DNA of 64,000 nt from an uncultured Bacillota bacterium (GTDB taxonomy: Bacteria > Sysuimicrobiota > Sysuimicrobiia > Sysuimicrobiales > Segetimicrobiaceae). Positions 39,553-50,767 of this stretch are shown piece after piece; the first letter of the stretch is position 1, and the number at the start of each line of letters is the position of its first letter. The stretch covers positions 704,001-768,000 of the forward strand of contig CAWDRG010000017.1 of the NCBI GenBank assembly GCA_963804645.1, read 5' to 3'. The position numbers and the translations under genes were made by a program. Below the pieces are notes generated by a model. The model did not search any database and had not been told where the DNA came from. It saw only the letters and a list, made by a program, of their open reading frames with translations.

Positions 39553-41433
39553 CGCGACACCCAGTACACGAGGATCGCCAGCACCCCGACCAGCGCGTAC
39601 GCGGCGTACTGCCGCAGAAAGCCGGTCTCGAGGCGGCTGAGGTCGCGGCCCGCGCGGCCGACCCCGCGCCCGAGGCCGGTCACCGCCCCGTCGAGTTCGT
39701 CCCGGTCGAACACGGCGAGGAGCCGCGCCGTGCCCTGGACCGGCCGGACGATCAGCGCGTTGTACAGGTCCTCGATGTAGAACTGGTGCGCGAGCAGCGC
39801 GTGGATCGCGCGGGACCCGCCGCGCACCAGGCGCTTGTCATAGATCAGCCACGCGACCACCAGGCCCGCGAGCGCGACCACGACGCTCGCGCCGACCAGG
39901 ACCACCTCGCCCCGCGTCGACTCCGCGGGCAGCGGACCGGCGCCGGCGGCCAGGACCGGCGCGAGGAACCGCGCCAGATCGCCGGGGCTCGTGAACGACA
40001 GGCCGAGCAGGCCGCCGAACAGCGTGAGCACCGCGAGCACGTCCATCGGCACCATCATGATCCTGGGTGACTCGTGCGGCGCGTGCCCCGCGGCGGCCGG
40101 CTGCCGCGGGCTGCCGAGGAACGTCATCACGAACGCGCGGACGATGTAGATCGCGGTGAGACCGGCAGCCGCCAGCCCGACCGCCCAGAGGGCCACGTGG
40201 CCGTAGTGGAAGTCGGCGGAGAGAATCTCGTCCTTGCTGAAGAACCCCGTGAACGGCGGGATGCCGGCGAGCGCCAGCGCGCCGATCGCGAACAAGCAGC
40301 GTCGTACGCGGCAGCGGCCGGGCGAGCCCGCCCATCTGCCGCATGTCGGTGGTGCCCCCGAGCGCATGCATCACGCTGCCCGCGGCGAGGAACAGCAGCG
40401 CTTTGAAGAACGCGTGCGACGTCAGATGGAAGATGCCGGCGCCCCACGCGCCGACCCCGACCGCGAGGAACATGTAGCCGAGCTGGCTGATCGTCGAATA
40501 CGCGAGGACGCGCTTCAGATCGTTCTCGACGAGCGCCCAGCAGGCGGCAAAGATCGCGGTGGCGCCGCCGACGACCGCCACCACCTCCATCGCCAGCGGC
40601 GCGCGCAGGTAGACGGCGTGCAGCCGCACGATCATGAACACGCCCGCGGTCACCATCGTCGCGGCGTGGATCAATGCGCTGACCGGAGTCGGGCCCTCCA
40701 TCGCGTCGGGCAGCCAGATGTAGAGCGGCAGCTGCGCGGACTTCCCGGTCGCGCCCAGGAACAGCAGCAGGCACAGCAGCGTCGCCGCGGTGCCCCCGAG
40801 CGGCAGCCGCGCGATCGCGCTGCGGGTCAGGATCCCGAAGTCCGACGTCCCGAAGATGCCGAACGCGAGAAAGATGCCGAGCAGGAAGCCGACGTCGCCG
40901 AGCCGGGTCACGAGAAACGCCTTGACCCCCGCCGCGGCCGCCGCGGGCCGCGTGAACCAGAACGCGATCAGCAGGTAGCTGCACAGCCCGACGCCTTCCC
41001 AGCCGATGAACATCACGACGAGGTTCGCGGCCAGCACCAGCGTGAGCATCGCCGCCGTAAACAGGTTCAGGTAGGAGAAGTACCGGGCGAACCCCTCGTC
41101 GTCGGCCATGTAGCCGACGGAGTAGAGGTGAATCAGCCCGCCGACGCCGGTGACGATCAGCGCCATCGTGACCGACAGCGGGTCGATCAGGAGGCGCATG
41201 GGCACGTCGATCGGCCCGGCCGTGAACCAATGGTACAGATCCACCTGGAACGAGCGCGCCTCCGGCGGCAGCGCCTCGAGCGTGCGCAGCAGGACGACCG
41301 ACAGGACGAACGACGCGGCGACCGTGCCGCAGCCGAGCACCGCGGCGGCCCCCCGCCCCCAGCGGCGTCCCCACAGGCCGTTCGCGGCCCATCCGAGGAG
41401 CGGAAACAGCGGGACCCAGATCGCGGCGGTCAT
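39549..41433 (-). CDS. nuoL: NADH-quinone oxidoreductase subunit L, one frameshift near 40297
   Basis: GWEGVGLCSY, KSAQLPL..WLPDAMEGPTPVSALIHAATMV, HAFFKALLFL; continues in another frame as GFFSKDEI. Confidence 0.93.
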
Positions 41434-41436
41434 CCG

Positions 41437-41742
41437 CTATCCCCGCAGCAGGTCGACATCGTCGACGTCCACGGTGTCGCGGGCGCGAAAGATATTCACG
41501 ATGATCGCGAGCCCGATCACGACCTCGGCGGCCGCCACCACCAGCACGAAGAACACCACGATCTGGCCGTCGACAGCCCCCCGGACCCGCGCGAACGTCA
41601 CCAGCGTGAGGTTCACCGCGTTCAGCATCAACTCGACGGACATGAACACGACGAGGGCCGACCGGCGCACGAGCACGCCGAGCGTGCCGAGCGCAAACAG
41701 GACCGCGCTGAGCCCGAGATAGCAGACCGCGGGCACGCTCAC
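41437..41742 (-). CDS. nuoK: NADH-quinone oxidoreductase subunit K
   Basis: [23 protein letters not shown]. Confidence 0.95.
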   Translation of the reverse strand: MSVPAVCYLGLSAVLFALGTLGVLVRRSALVVFMSVELMLNAVNLTLVTFARVRGAVDGQIVVFFVLVVAAAEVVIGLAIIVNIFRARDTVDVDDVDLLRG

Positions 41743-42269
41743 CGCCCGACGACCCCGCGCCGCGCGGGCGGCGCGCCCAAGGGCGCCGGGCGCTTGCTGA
41801 GCGCCACCGCGCCGATCATCCCCACGATCAGCACGATCGACGCGGCCTCAAACGGCAGGGCGTACACGGTGAACAGCGCCCGGCCGACCTGCTGCACCGT
41901 GCCGTAGTCCGCGCCGACGGAGGCCGCCGGGCCCCGCACGGTGGCGGCCGCGGCGACCAGCAGCGCGGCGAACGCGGCGCTCAGCACGATCGCGAGCGCC
42001 GGCGGCAGCACGCGGTCGGGACGCCCCTCGCCGCTGCGCGTGTTCAGGAGCATGACGATAAACACGAACAGGACCACGATGGCACCGGCGTAGATGATCA
42101 CCTGGAGCGCGGCGATAAACTGCGCGCCGAGCAGCAGGTAATCCGCGGCGAGGCTGATCAGCACGAGCAGCAGGCCCAGCACGCTGTGCACCGGCTCCCG
42201 CGCCGCGATGACGCCCACGCCGCCGGCGAGCGCGAGCACCGCCGTGACGGCGAACAGGACCCCTTCCAC
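41739..42269 (-). CDS. nuoJ: NADH-quinone oxidoreductase subunit J
   Basis: [27 protein letters not shown]. Confidence 0.93.
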   Translation of the reverse strand: MEGVLFAVTAVLALAGGVGVIAAREPVHSVLGLLLVLISLAADYLLLGAQFIAALQVIIYAGAIVVLFVFIVMLLNTRSGEGRPDRVLPPALAIVLSAAFAALLVAAAATVRGPAASVGADYGTVQQVGRALFTVYALPFEAASIVLIVGMIGAVALSKRPAPLGAPPARRGVVGR

Positions 42270-42323
42270 GCAGTACGCCTCCCCCACGCGCCCCCGTCCC
42301 CCGGCCGGGCCGGGCGGGCGGCG

Positions 42324-42845
42324 CTAGACCTCGCGGTGCGGATCTCGCCCGGATTCCCCCGGATAGCTTTCTTGCAGCCGGTCCTTCGTGTAGATCAGCG
42401 ACTCCCGCGTGTACCCGCTCAGCTCGTACTCGTGCCCCAGCACGATGGCGCCGGTGGGACACGCCTCCTCGCACATGCCGCAGAAGATGCAGCGGAGCAT
42501 GTTGATCTGAAAGTCCGCCGCGTAGCGCTCCCCCTTGGAGTGCGGCGCGAGCTCGTCGTTTTCCGCGGCCTTGACGAAGATCGATTGGCTGGGACACACG
42601 ATCACGCACAGCTCGCACCCGACGCAGCGCTCCATGCCGTCGGCGAACAGCGTGAGGTAGTGGCGCCCCTTGAACCGCGGCTTGACGACCGTGTGCTGCT
42701 CCGGATACCGGATCGTGACCGGCGGGCGGAAGAAGTACCGGCCGACGATGACGAGGCCGCTCAGCATCTTCCACGCCCGGTGGATGTGCCGCAGCGCCTT
42801 CAGCACCTTCCACGCCCGGCCGACGCGCCGCAACTCCTCGCCCAC
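42324..42845 (-). CDS. nuoI: NADH-quinone oxidoreductase subunit I
   Basis: TIRYPE, CVGCELC...CP and CIFCGMC...CP. Confidence 0.95.
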   Translation of the reverse strand: MGEELRRVGRAWKVLKALRHIHRAWKMLSGLVIVGRYFFRPPVTIRYPEQHTVVKPRFKGRHYLTLFADGMERCVGCELCVIVCPSQSIFVKAAENDELAPHSKGERYAADFQINMLRCIFCGMCEEACPTGAIVLGHEYELSGYTRESLIYTKDRLQESYPGESGRDPHREV

Positions 42846-42847
42846 CG

Positions 42848-43834
42848 CTACACCCCTCCCCGCCACACGATCAAGGCGCCGGTGACGGCCAGGTTCAGCA
42901 CGCCGAGCGGGATCAGCACTTTCCAACCGAAGCCCATCAGCTGATCGTAGCGCAGGCGCGGCAGCGTCGCGCGCACGAGGATGAAGAAGCAGACGACCGC
43001 AAACACCTTGATCGCAAACCAGAGAAACGGCCAGAGCCAGGGCCCCTGCCAGCCGCCGAGGAACAGGGTCGTGACGAGCGCGCCCACAGTGATGATCCCG
43101 ATGTACTCCGCGAGGTAGAACATCGCGAACTTGAAGCCGCCGTACTCGGTCTGGAACCCGGCGATCAGCTCCTGCTCCGACTCCGGCAGATCGAACGGCG
43201 CGCGGTTCGTCTCGGCAAACGAGGCGATCAGGAACAACACGAACGCGAGCGGCTGCTTCAGGATGAACCACCCGTGCGCCTGCGCGTGAACGATGTCGAC
43301 CAGGCTCAGCGAGTTCGCGACCAGGACGACCCCCAGCACCGCGAGCCCCAGCACCAGCTCGTAGGAGATGACCTGCGCGCTGCTGCGGAGTCCCCCGAGG
43401 ATCGCGTACTTGTTGTCGGACGCCCAGCCGCCGAGGATGATGCCGTACACGCCGACGCTGCTTGCGCCGAGCACGAGCAGGATCGCCACGTTCACGTCCG
43501 CGACGTACAACGTGATTTCGCGGCCGAACAGGTGGATCGGGGGGGCAATCGGGATCACGGCGTAGACGAACAGCGCCGCGACCGCGGAGATCAGGGGCGC
43601 GACCTGATAGACCAGCGGGTCGGCGCCCCCCGGCATGAAGTTCTCTTTAAAGATGAGCTTGATCCCGTCGGCGAGCGGCTGCATGAGGCCGAACGGGCCG
43701 ACCCGGTCCGGGCCGATGCGGAGCTGAAACTTCGCCAAGAGGCGCCGCTCCAGCAGCGTCACGTAGGCGAACGCGGTCAAGACGCCGACGAGGATGACGG
43801 CGCTCCGGACGACGTCGATCGCGAGGCTCACCAC
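42848..43834 (-). CDS. nuoH: NADH-quinone oxidoreductase subunit H
   Basis: [45 protein letters not shown]. Confidence 0.96.
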   Translation of the reverse strand: MVSLAIDVVRSAVILVGVLTAFAYVTLLERRLLAKFQLRIGPDRVGPFGLMQPLADGIKLIFKENFMPGGADPLVYQVAPLISAVAALFVYAVIPIAPPIHLFGREITLYVADVNVAILLVLGASSVGVYGIILGGWASDNKYAILGGLRSSAQVISYELVLGLAVLGVVLVANSLSLVDIVHAQAHGWFILKQPLAFVLFLIASFAETNRAPFDLPESEQELIAGFQTEYGGFKFAMFYLAEYIGIITVGALVTTLFLGGWQGPWLWPFLWFAIKVFAVVCFFILVRATLPRLRYDQLMGFGWKVLIPLGVLNLAVTGALIVWRGGV

Positions 43835-43853
43835 CGGCCCCGCTCCCTCCCGT

Positions 43854-46319
43854 TCACGCCGCGCCTCCGACCGGACGCACGGTGACCTCGACCGGCCCGC
43901 GCTCGTCCAGCAGGCTGGAGACCGGCGCGCTCTCGTAGCCGCGCGGCACGTACGCGTGCCCGGGGTGGAGCGTCGGGAGCACGCGCGCCGGAAGCCGCAG
44001 CGCCCCGCGTGCGGAGCGCACGTCGCACACCATCGCGTCCGCCACGCCGAGCCGGGCCGCGTCGTCGGGATGCAGCCCGACGAACGGCTCCCCCGCCTGG
44101 CCGCGGATCCCCGGACAGCGCAGCGCCATCGTGCCCCGGTCGAAGAGCCGCGTGCCGACCACGAGCGCGAGGCCGCCGTTCCGCACCGGCGCCGGCGGTT
44201 CGCCCGCGGCCGACGGCGCGGCCGCGGCGGAACGCGGCGGGGTGAGGCACGCGTCCTCCGCCCACCCGGGGATCAAACGCGCGATCTCCGAGCCGACGTC
44301 GTCCGGCGACGCGAACGCGAGCACATCGCCGAGGCGCGCCGCGAGCGCGGAGAAGATCTGGCCGTCCGATCGCGCGGTGCCGGGGCCCTGGACGGCGGCG
44401 TCCTGCCGCTGGATCCGGCCCTCGATGTTCCCCACGGTCCCGCTATGCTCGGCGTAGGTCAGGACCGGCAGCACGACGTCCGCCTCCCGGGCGGTGCGCG
44501 TCAGAAACAGGTCGTGCACGACGAGCAGCCCCAACCGGGCCCGCGCCTCCGCCCACGCCCGCGCGTCCGGATAATCCAGCGCCGGGTCCGCGCCCACAAC
44601 GTAGAGCACGCGCAGCGCGCCCGCTCGCGCGGCCTCCAGCATGCCCCGCGCCGTCCGGCCCGGCGCCGGCGGGATCGGCCGGCCCCAGACCGCCTCGACC
44701 GCCGCGCGCGCCTGCGCATCCGCGATCGGGCGGTACCCCGGCAGCATGTCCGGCAGCAGGCCGAGCGCCTGCGCGCCGCCGCTGTTGCCGCGTCCAGCGA
44801 GCAGCCCCGACTGCAGCGCGGGCAGCGAGGACCGCATCGCGTCGAGCGCCGCGAGCACGTCGGCGGCGCCGGGACGCTCAAGCGCCCCGCGTCCGATCAA
44901 CACGAGCGGCCGAGCCGCCCCCGCGAGCGCCTGCTGCGCCGCGCGCAGGAGGTCCGCGGGCACGCCGGTCGCCGCGGCCGCATCTTCCGCGGTCAGGCGG
45001 CCAGCGAGCGCGTCGAGCAGCGCGCGTTCGGTCCCGGCCCGGTGGGTCAGCGAGTGGGTCGCCCACCGCGCGATCTCCAGCTGCCACGGGTTGGCGATGA
45101 TGAGGCGCGCCCCCCGATCGACGGCCTTCTTCACGCGCAGCCAGATGATCGGGTACTCTTCGGTCAGGTCGCAGCCGACGACGACGATCGCGTCCGCGCG
45201 CTCGACGTCCGCGATCGAACCCGGCAGCCCCCAGGGCGCGTCCGCGGTCGGCAGCGGGTGGGCGGTATCCGACCGGAAGTCGATGGAGTTCGTCCCCACC
45301 AGGCCGCGGAAGAACCTGAGCAGCAGGTAGTTGTCCTCGTTGGTCGAGCGCGTGCCGCCGAGCACGCCGACCGCGTCCCCCGGCGTGTCTCGAAGGGACC
45401 CGGCGATCCGGTCGAGCGCCTCGTCCCACGTCGCTTCCACCAACTGTCCGTCGCGGCGCACGAGCGGGGTGCGGAGGCGCTCCGGGCTGACCACGAAGTC
45501 GTACCCGAAGAACCCCTTGTCGCACAGCCAGACGTCGTTCGTCTCCGGATGCTCGCGCGACCGCGTCCGCGTCAGGTCGTTGCCGCGGACGTTGAGGGTC
45601 GTGGCGCAACCGCACCCGCAGTGCGGGCAGATGCTCTTGACGGCCGTGTTGTCCCACGGCCGAGAGCGGAAGCGGTAGGTCGCGCTCGTCAGCGCGCCGA
45701 CGGGGCAGATCTCCATCGTGTTGCCGATGAACTTACTCTGCACCGGGGCCATCCCCGGCGTAGCGATCTGATCGTGGAAGCCGCGCTCGAACCCCTGGAG
45801 CGCGTCGTCGCCGGCGATCAGCTCCCCGAAGCGGACGCAGCGCCAGCACAGGATGCACCGCTCGCGGTCCAGCACCAGCACCGAGCTCATCCGGATGTGC
45901 TTCCGGAACGTCCGCTTGACCTCGACGAACCGGCTCTCGCCCGGCCCGAACTTGAGCGTGTTGTCCTGCAGCGGGCACTCGCCGCCCTTGTCGCAGATCG
46001 GGCAGTCGAGCGGGTGATTCGCCAGCAGCAGCTCGAGAATCGACCGCTGGCCCGCCCGGGCCTTCTCCGACGTCGTGTGGACGACCATCCCGTCCGCGGC
46101 GTCGAAGCTGCACGACGCGGCCAGCTTCGGGGCCTTCTCGATCTCGACGAGGCACACCCGGCACGCCCCGAGCGGCGCCATCCGGTCGTGGTAGCAGAAC
46201 GTCGGAATCTCGATGCCCGCCTGATGCGCCGCCGTGTAAATCGTCGTCCCCTTGGGCACGACGACCTCGCGGCCGTCGATCGTGAGGCGGATCATCGGGA
46301 TCGCCGGGGCGCTGCTCAT
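43854..46319 (-). CDS. nuoG: NADH-quinone oxidoreductase subunit G
   Basis: FCYH..GACRVC, NHPLDCPICDKGGECPLQD, CILCWRCVR, CPVGAL, and the N7-type motif CPHCGCGC...C. Confidence 0.95.
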   Translation of the reverse strand: MSSAPAIPMIRLTIDGREVVVPKGTTIYTAAHQAGIEIPTFCYHDRMAPLGACRVCLVEIEKAPKLAASCSFDAADGMVVHTTSEKARAGQRSILELLLANHPLDCPICDKGGECPLQDNTLKFGPGESRFVEVKRTFRKHIRMSSVLVLDRERCILCWRCVRFGELIAGDDALQGFERGFHDQIATPGMAPVQSKFIGNTMEICPVGALTSATYRFRSRPWDNTAVKSICPHCGCGCATTLNVRGNDLTRTRSREHPETNDVWLCDKGFFGYDFVVSPERLRTPLVRRDGQLVEATWDEALDRIAGSLRDTPGDAVGVLGGTRSTNEDNYLLLRFFRGLVGTNSIDFRSDTAHPLPTADAPWGLPGSIADVERADAIVVVGCDLTEEYPIIWLRVKKAVDRGARLIIANPWQLEIARWATHSLTHRAGTERALLDALAGRLTAEDAAAATGVPADLLRAAQQALAGAARPLVLIGRGALERPGAADVLAALDAMRSSLPALQSGLLAGRGNSGGAQALGLLPDMLPGYRPIADAQARAAVEAVWGRPIPPAPGRTARGMLEAARAGALRVLYVVGADPALDYPDARAWAEARARLGLLVVHDLFLTRTAREADVVLPVLTYAEHSGTVGNIEGRIQRQDAAVQGPGTARSDGQIFSALAARLGDVLAFASPDDVGSEIARLIPGWAEDACLTPPRSAAAAPSAAGEPPAPVRNGGLALVVGTRLFDRGTMALRCPGIRGQAGEPFVGLHPDDAARLGVADAMVCDVRSARGALRLPARVLPTLHPGHAYVPRGYESAPVSSLLDERGPVEVTVRPVGGAA

Positions 46320-46341
46320 CGGTACGACTCCTTCGGGGCCG

Positions 46342-47628
46342 TCACGCCGATCCCCCGGCGGCGGCGACCGGCGCGGGGGTCACCCCGCAGCTGCCCGTCT
46401 TGATGTGGTAGACGTATTCGTCGCGGAAGTACCGGAGCGACGCGCGCAGCGCCGGCGGGATGCTCTCGCCGAGCGCGCACAGGCAGAGCCCCGTGATGTT
46501 CTGCGCGACGCTGTCCATCAGGTCGAGGTCCTCCATCCGCCCGTGCCCGTCGAGGATCCGGTCGAGGACCTGGGACAGCCAGACCGAGCCCTCGCGGCAC
46601 GGCGTGCACTTGCCGCACGATTCGTCCCGGTAGAACTCGATCGTCCGCCGGATCACCGCGGGAATGCACGTGGTGTCGTCCATGACGATGATCGCGCTCG
46701 ACCCGAGCATCGACCCGATCTTCGCGAGCGAGTCGAAGTCCGCCGGCGTGTCCAGGTACTCGGCGGTCAGGATCGCCGCGGACGATCCGCCCGGAAACAC
46801 CGCCTTGAACGTCCGCCCCGGCCGGAGACCGCCGGCGTGCTCGAAGATGATCTGGCGCAGCGGGGTGCCGATCGGCAGCTCCTTGACGCCCGGCCGCATC
46901 ACGTGCCCCGAGACGGAATACAGCACGGGCGGCCCGTACGCCTTGTAGCCGTCCGGGCCGAGCGCCACGATGTGCGGGATGTGGGCCATCGTCTCGGCGT
47001 TGTTGAGCACCGTCGGCCGGTCGTACAGACCCCGTACCGCGGGGTAGTAGGGCGGCTTCACCCGGGGCTCGCCGCGGCGGCCCTCGAGGCTCTCGAGGAG
47101 CGCCGTCTCCTCGCCGCACTCGTACGACCCGGCGCCGCGGTGCAGGACGACGTCCAGATCGAACCCGGTCCCGAAGATGTTCTTGCCGAAGAACCCCCGC
47201 GCGTAGGCGCCCTCGAGCGCGCGGCTCAGGCGCGCGCCCCCGAGGAACATCTCCCCGCGCACGTAGATGAACGCCTTGTGCACCCCGTTCGCGTACGCGG
47301 AGATCAAGACGCCCTCGAGGATCTGGTGCGGATCGCCTTCGATCAGCGTGCGGTCCTTGAACGTCCCGGGCTCACCTTCGTCGGCGTTGACGACCAGGTA
47401 CCGCGTATCGCCCTCGCGCTTCGGGGTCAGCTTCCACTTCCGGCCCGTCGGGAATCCGGCGCCGCCCCGCCCTCGGAGCCCGGACGCCTCGACCATCGCG
47501 ACCAGCTCGTCCGGCGTCAATTCCTTGAGCGCCCGCTCGGCGGCCCGGTACCCGCCGGTCGACACGTACACGTCGACCGAGTCGCGGTCCGGCTCCCCGA
47601 CGTACTTCATCAGCAGCAGCCCGGGCAT
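46342..47628 (-). CDS. nuoF: NADH-quinone oxidoreductase subunit F
   Basis: SGLRGRGGAGFPTG.KW, NADEGEPGTFKDR, GAGSYECGEETAL, ESCGKCTPCREG. Confidence 0.96.
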   Translation of the reverse strand: MPGLLLMKYVGEPDRDSVDVYVSTGGYRAAERALKELTPDELVAMVEASGLRGRGGAGFPTGRKWKLTPKREGDTRYLVVNADEGEPGTFKDRTLIEGDPHQILEGVLISAYANGVHKAFIYVRGEMFLGGARLSRALEGAYARGFFGKNIFGTGFDLDVVLHRGAGSYECGEETALLESLEGRRGEPRVKPPYYPAVRGLYDRPTVLNNAETMAHIPHIVALGPDGYKAYGPPVLYSVSGHVMRPGVKELPIGTPLRQIIFEHAGGLRPGRTFKAVFPGGSSAAILTAEYLDTPADFDSLAKIGSMLGSSAIIVMDDTTCIPAVIRRTIEFYRDESCGKCTPCREGSVWLSQVLDRILDGHGRMEDLDLMDSVAQNITGLCLCALGESIPPALRASLRYFRDEYVYHIKTGSCGVTPAPVAAAGGSA

Positions 47629-48101
47629 CAGGACAGCCCCCGCAGCAGCTCGTCAAGCGCGGTGGTCGTCACCCGCGGGCGGCGGTCCTCATCGACCAGC
47701 AGGACCGGGGCCTCCTCGCACGCGCCTAGGCACTCGACGGCCTCGACGAGCACGCGCCCATCGGGCGTGGTCTCGCCCGGGCGCACGTTCAGGCGCGCAC
47801 ACACGTGGTGCAGGACCTCCTCCGCCCCGTTCAGGTAGCAGGACAGGTTCGTGCAGACCCGGATCTTGTGGCGGCCGACGGGCTCGGTGAAGAACATCGT
47901 GTAGTAGCTGGCGACCGACGCCACCTCGGGCAGCGTGAGGCCGAGGGCGTCGGCCACGTCCTCCATCGCGTCCGGAGGAAGGTAGCCGACCTGGTCCTGC
48001 GCGAGGTGCAGCGCCGGCAGCAGCGCCGATTGCGCGCGCGGGTACAGCGCCCGGGCCCGGGCGATTCGCTCGAGCGTCGACGGACTGAGCACGCGCGCCA
48101 C
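47628..48101 (-). CDS. nuoE: NADH-quinone oxidoreductase subunit E
   Basis: VCTNLSC...ECLGAC..AP 2Fe-2S motif. Confidence 0.95.
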   Translation of the reverse strand: MARVLSPSTLERIARARALYPRAQSALLPALHLAQDQVGYLPPDAMEDVADALGLTLPEVASVASYYTMFFTEPVGRHKIRVCTNLSCYLNGAEEVLHHVCARLNVRPGETTPDGRVLVEAVECLGACEEAPVLLVDEDRRPRVTTTALDELLRGLS

Positions 48102-49273
48102 TAGCGGTCCACGTCCCCGAGCACGATGTCGATGCTGGCGATCGCCACGACGACGTCGGCGAGCGGCCGGTCCTTCAGCATCACCGGCAGCGTCTGGAGA
48201 TTGTAGAACGAGGGCGCGCGGACGTGCACGCGCACCGGCTTGTTGCTGCCGTCGCTCACGATGAAATACCCTTTTTCGCCCCGCGGGGACTCGGTCGCCA
48301 CGTAGCTCTCCCCGGCCGGCGGGTGCATCCCTTCGCTCACGAGCTTGAACTGGTGAATCACCGCCTCCATGCTGCGCGCGAGCTCGGCGCGCGGCGGGAG
48401 CGCGATCTTGCGGTCGTTCGTGATCCAGGGTCCGTCCGGGAGGCGGTCGAGCGCCTGCTGCGCGATCCGCCGGGCTTGGCGCATCTCTTCGATCCGCACC
48501 CGGTAGCGCGCGTACGCGTCGCCGCCGGTCTCCACCGCGACGTCGAACTCGAACTCCTCGTACCCGCCGTACGGCGCGAGCTTCCGGAAATCATGCACCA
48601 CCCCGGAGCCCCGCAGGACCGGCCCGGTGGCCCCGAGCGCGATCGCGTCCTCGCGCGAGAGGGGCGCCACGCCCTCGAGGCGCTCCCGCCAGATCAGGTT
48701 GTCCTTCAACAGCCGCTCGTACTCGTCGAACCGGCCCGCGAGATAGTCGAGGTAGTCGCGCGCCGCGGGGATGAACTCCTCCGGGACGTCCTCGGCGACC
48801 CCGCCGGCCCGGAAATAGCCCGGCATCATGCGCTGGCCGCTGACCATTTCGGAGAGGTCCAAGAACCGCTCCCGGTCCTGGATGCAGTACAGAAACAGGC
48901 TGCTGACGTTCAGGTCCATGCCGCCCGCGCCCAGGTAGATCAGGTGGCTCGCGATTCGGGCCATCTCGCACATCAGGACGCGGATGTACTTCGCGCGGCG
49001 CGGCGGCTCGATGCCGAGCAGGCGCTCGAGCGATTGGAAGTACGCCATCTCCTCGTTGTAGTTGGCGAGGTACTCGATCCGGTCGACCAACGTGACGTTC
49101 TGGTGGTAGGTGCGGGTCTCCATTTCCTTCTCGATCCCGGTGTGGAGATAGCCCATCACCGGCGTGCACCCGCGGACGATCTCCCCTTCGAGCTCGAGGA
49201 CGAGCCGCAGCACCCCGTGGGTGCTCGGGTGCTGCGGCCCCATGTTGATCGTCAGCGTTTCGGTCGTCGGCAT
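48101..49273 (-). CDS. nuoD: NADH-quinone oxidoreductase subunit D
   Basis: NMGPQHPSTHGVLRL, GYLHTGIEK, ESPRGE, RAPSF, DIVLGDVDR. Confidence 0.96.
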   Translation of the reverse strand: MPTTETLTINMGPQHPSTHGVLRLVLELEGEIVRGCTPVMGYLHTGIEKEMETRTYHQNVTLVDRIEYLANYNEEMAYFQSLERLLGIEPPRRAKYIRVLMCEMARIASHLIYLGAGGMDLNVSSLFLYCIQDRERFLDLSEMVSGQRMMPGYFRAGGVAEDVPEEFIPAARDYLDYLAGRFDEYERLLKDNLIWRERLEGVAPLSREDAIALGATGPVLRGSGVVHDFRKLAPYGGYEEFEFDVAVETGGDAYARYRVRIEEMRQARRIAQQALDRLPDGPWITNDRKIALPPRAELARSMEAVIHQFKLVSEGMHPPAGESYVATESPRGEKGYFIVSDGSNKPVRVHVRAPSFYNLQTLPVMLKDRPLADVVVAIASIDIVLGDVDR

Positions 49274-49278
49274 CCGGG

Positions 49279-49839
49279 TCACCCGCGCACGGGGGGCGTC
49301 TCGCCGCCGGAGCCGGACGGGCTGTGCGGCGGAAAGTACGGGATGATCTCGCTCGGCACTTTGGGCGTGTGCCCCTTGAACTCGACCGGCTCCTCGAACA
49401 GCGCGAAATCGCGCCGCAGCGGATGGCCTTCCCAATCGTCCGGCATCAAAATGCGCCGGAGATCCGGGTGGCCCTCGAAGCGGACCCCGTACATATCGAA
49501 GACCTCGCGCTCCGGAAACCCCGCCCCCGGGTAGATCCCGGTCGCGGTGGGCAGGGTCGGCGGCTCCCCCTCGGCGAGCGCTTTGACGGTCAGCCGGTCG
49601 GCGGTCCCGGCGCGGCCGAGCAGATACAGCACCTCGAAGCGCGGCTCGACGGGCAGCCGATCCCACGCCGTGACGTCCACGCACATGTCGAGCCCGAGCG
49701 CCTCGCGCGCGGCGCGCAGGACGTCGAGCAGCACGTCCACCGGTACCAGCACGGTCGCGCGTCCGCGGTCGTCCCGCGGAGTGAGACGGTCCCAGGGCAC
49801 ATGGGGGCGCAGCCGCTCGAGGATCGACGTTTCGCTCAT
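49279..49839 (-). CDS. nuoC: NADH-quinone oxidoreductase subunit C
   Basis: EREVFDMYG..F.GHPDLRRILMP..W.GHPLRRDF. Confidence 0.95.
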   Translation of the reverse strand: MSETSILERLRPHVPWDRLTPRDDRGRATVLVPVDVLLDVLRAAREALGLDMCVDVTAWDRLPVEPRFEVLYLLGRAGTADRLTVKALAEGEPPTLPTATGIYPGAGFPEREVFDMYGVRFEGHPDLRRILMPDDWEGHPLRRDFALFEEPVEFKGHTPKVPSEIIPYFPPHSPSGSGGETPPVRG

Positions 49840-49852
49840 CGGATCGGCCGGC

Positions 49853-50344
49853 TCAGGTCGCGCGCGCGGCGGGAGTCCCCTCTTGGATCTTCTGCTGGAG
49901 CATGCGCAGGCCGTGCAGCAGCGCCTCGGGGCGCGGCGGGCAGCCGGCCACGTAGACGTCGACCGGCACGATCTTGTCGACGCCCTGCACGATGGCGTAG
50001 TTGTTGTAGAGGCCGCCCGTGCTGGCGCAGTCGCCCATCGCGATGACCCATTTCGGCTCCAGCATCTGATCGTAGATGTGCCGGAGCACCGGCGCCATCT
50101 TCTGGCTCACGCGCCCGGAGACGATCAGCAGATCGGACTGCCGCGGCGAGGCGCGGAACAGCTCCGATCCGAAGCGCGAGATATCGAACCGCGGCGCGGC
50201 CGCGCACATCATCTCGATCGCGCAGCAGGCGAGCCCGAACTGCGCCGGCCACACCGAGTTCCCGCGCGCCCACGCGACCAGCTTGTCGATCGTCGTCGTC
50301 AGGACGTTGCGCTCGAGATCGCGTTCGGAGGTGCTCACTCCCAT
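49853..50344 (-). CDS. nuoB: NADH-quinone oxidoreductase subunit B
   Basis: [34 protein letters not shown]. Confidence 0.96.
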   Translation of the reverse strand: MGVSTSERDLERNVLTTTIDKLVAWARGNSVWPAQFGLACCAIEMMCAAAPRFDISRFGSELFRASPRQSDLLIVSGRVSQKMAPVLRHIYDQMLEPKWVIAMGDCASTGGLYNNYAIVQGVDKIVPVDVYVAGCPPRPEALLHGLRMLQQKIQEGTPAARAT

Positions 50345-50688
50345 TGCAGCGCTCCCCGCTTGAGGACGTAGAGATAGCCGAGAACGAGGATCGCAAGGAA
50401 CGCGAACATTTCCCCGAGCCCGAGCCGCCCGAGTTCCCGCAGCAGCACCGCCCACGGGTACACGAACACGATCTCGACGTCGAACAGGATGAACAGCATG
50501 GCGATCAGGTAGTAGCGAACGGGCACCCGGTCCCGCGCGCTGCCGGTCGGCCAGACGCCCGACTCGTAGGGCAGCTCCTTCTGGAGCGTCGGACGCCGCA
50601 CCCCGACGAGGAAATGCAGGCCCAGCACCGCGCCAGCGATCAGAACGGCGACGACCAGGTGCACGAGCACGGGGACGTATGCCGACAT
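50335..50688 (-). CDS. nuoA: NADH-quinone oxidoreductase subunit A
   Basis: [30 protein letters not shown]. Confidence 0.95.
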   Translation of the reverse strand: MSAYVPVLVHLVVAVLIAGAVLGLHFLVGVRRPTLQKELPYESGVWPTGSARDRVPVRYYLIAMLFILFDVEIVFVYPWAVLLRELGRLGLGEMFAFLAILVLGYLYVLKRGALQWE

Positions 50689-50767
50689 CGCAACCTCTTC
50701 CGACGGCGCCAAACTCGCGGGCGCCGGACACCCCTCAACGCGTCAAATCAATGAAACCAGAAGGGCC

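Noticed and set aside
40290..40305. Programmed frameshift or natural split in nuoL
   Set aside because: No slippery sequence or internal start is evident, and similar indels occur throughout the window.
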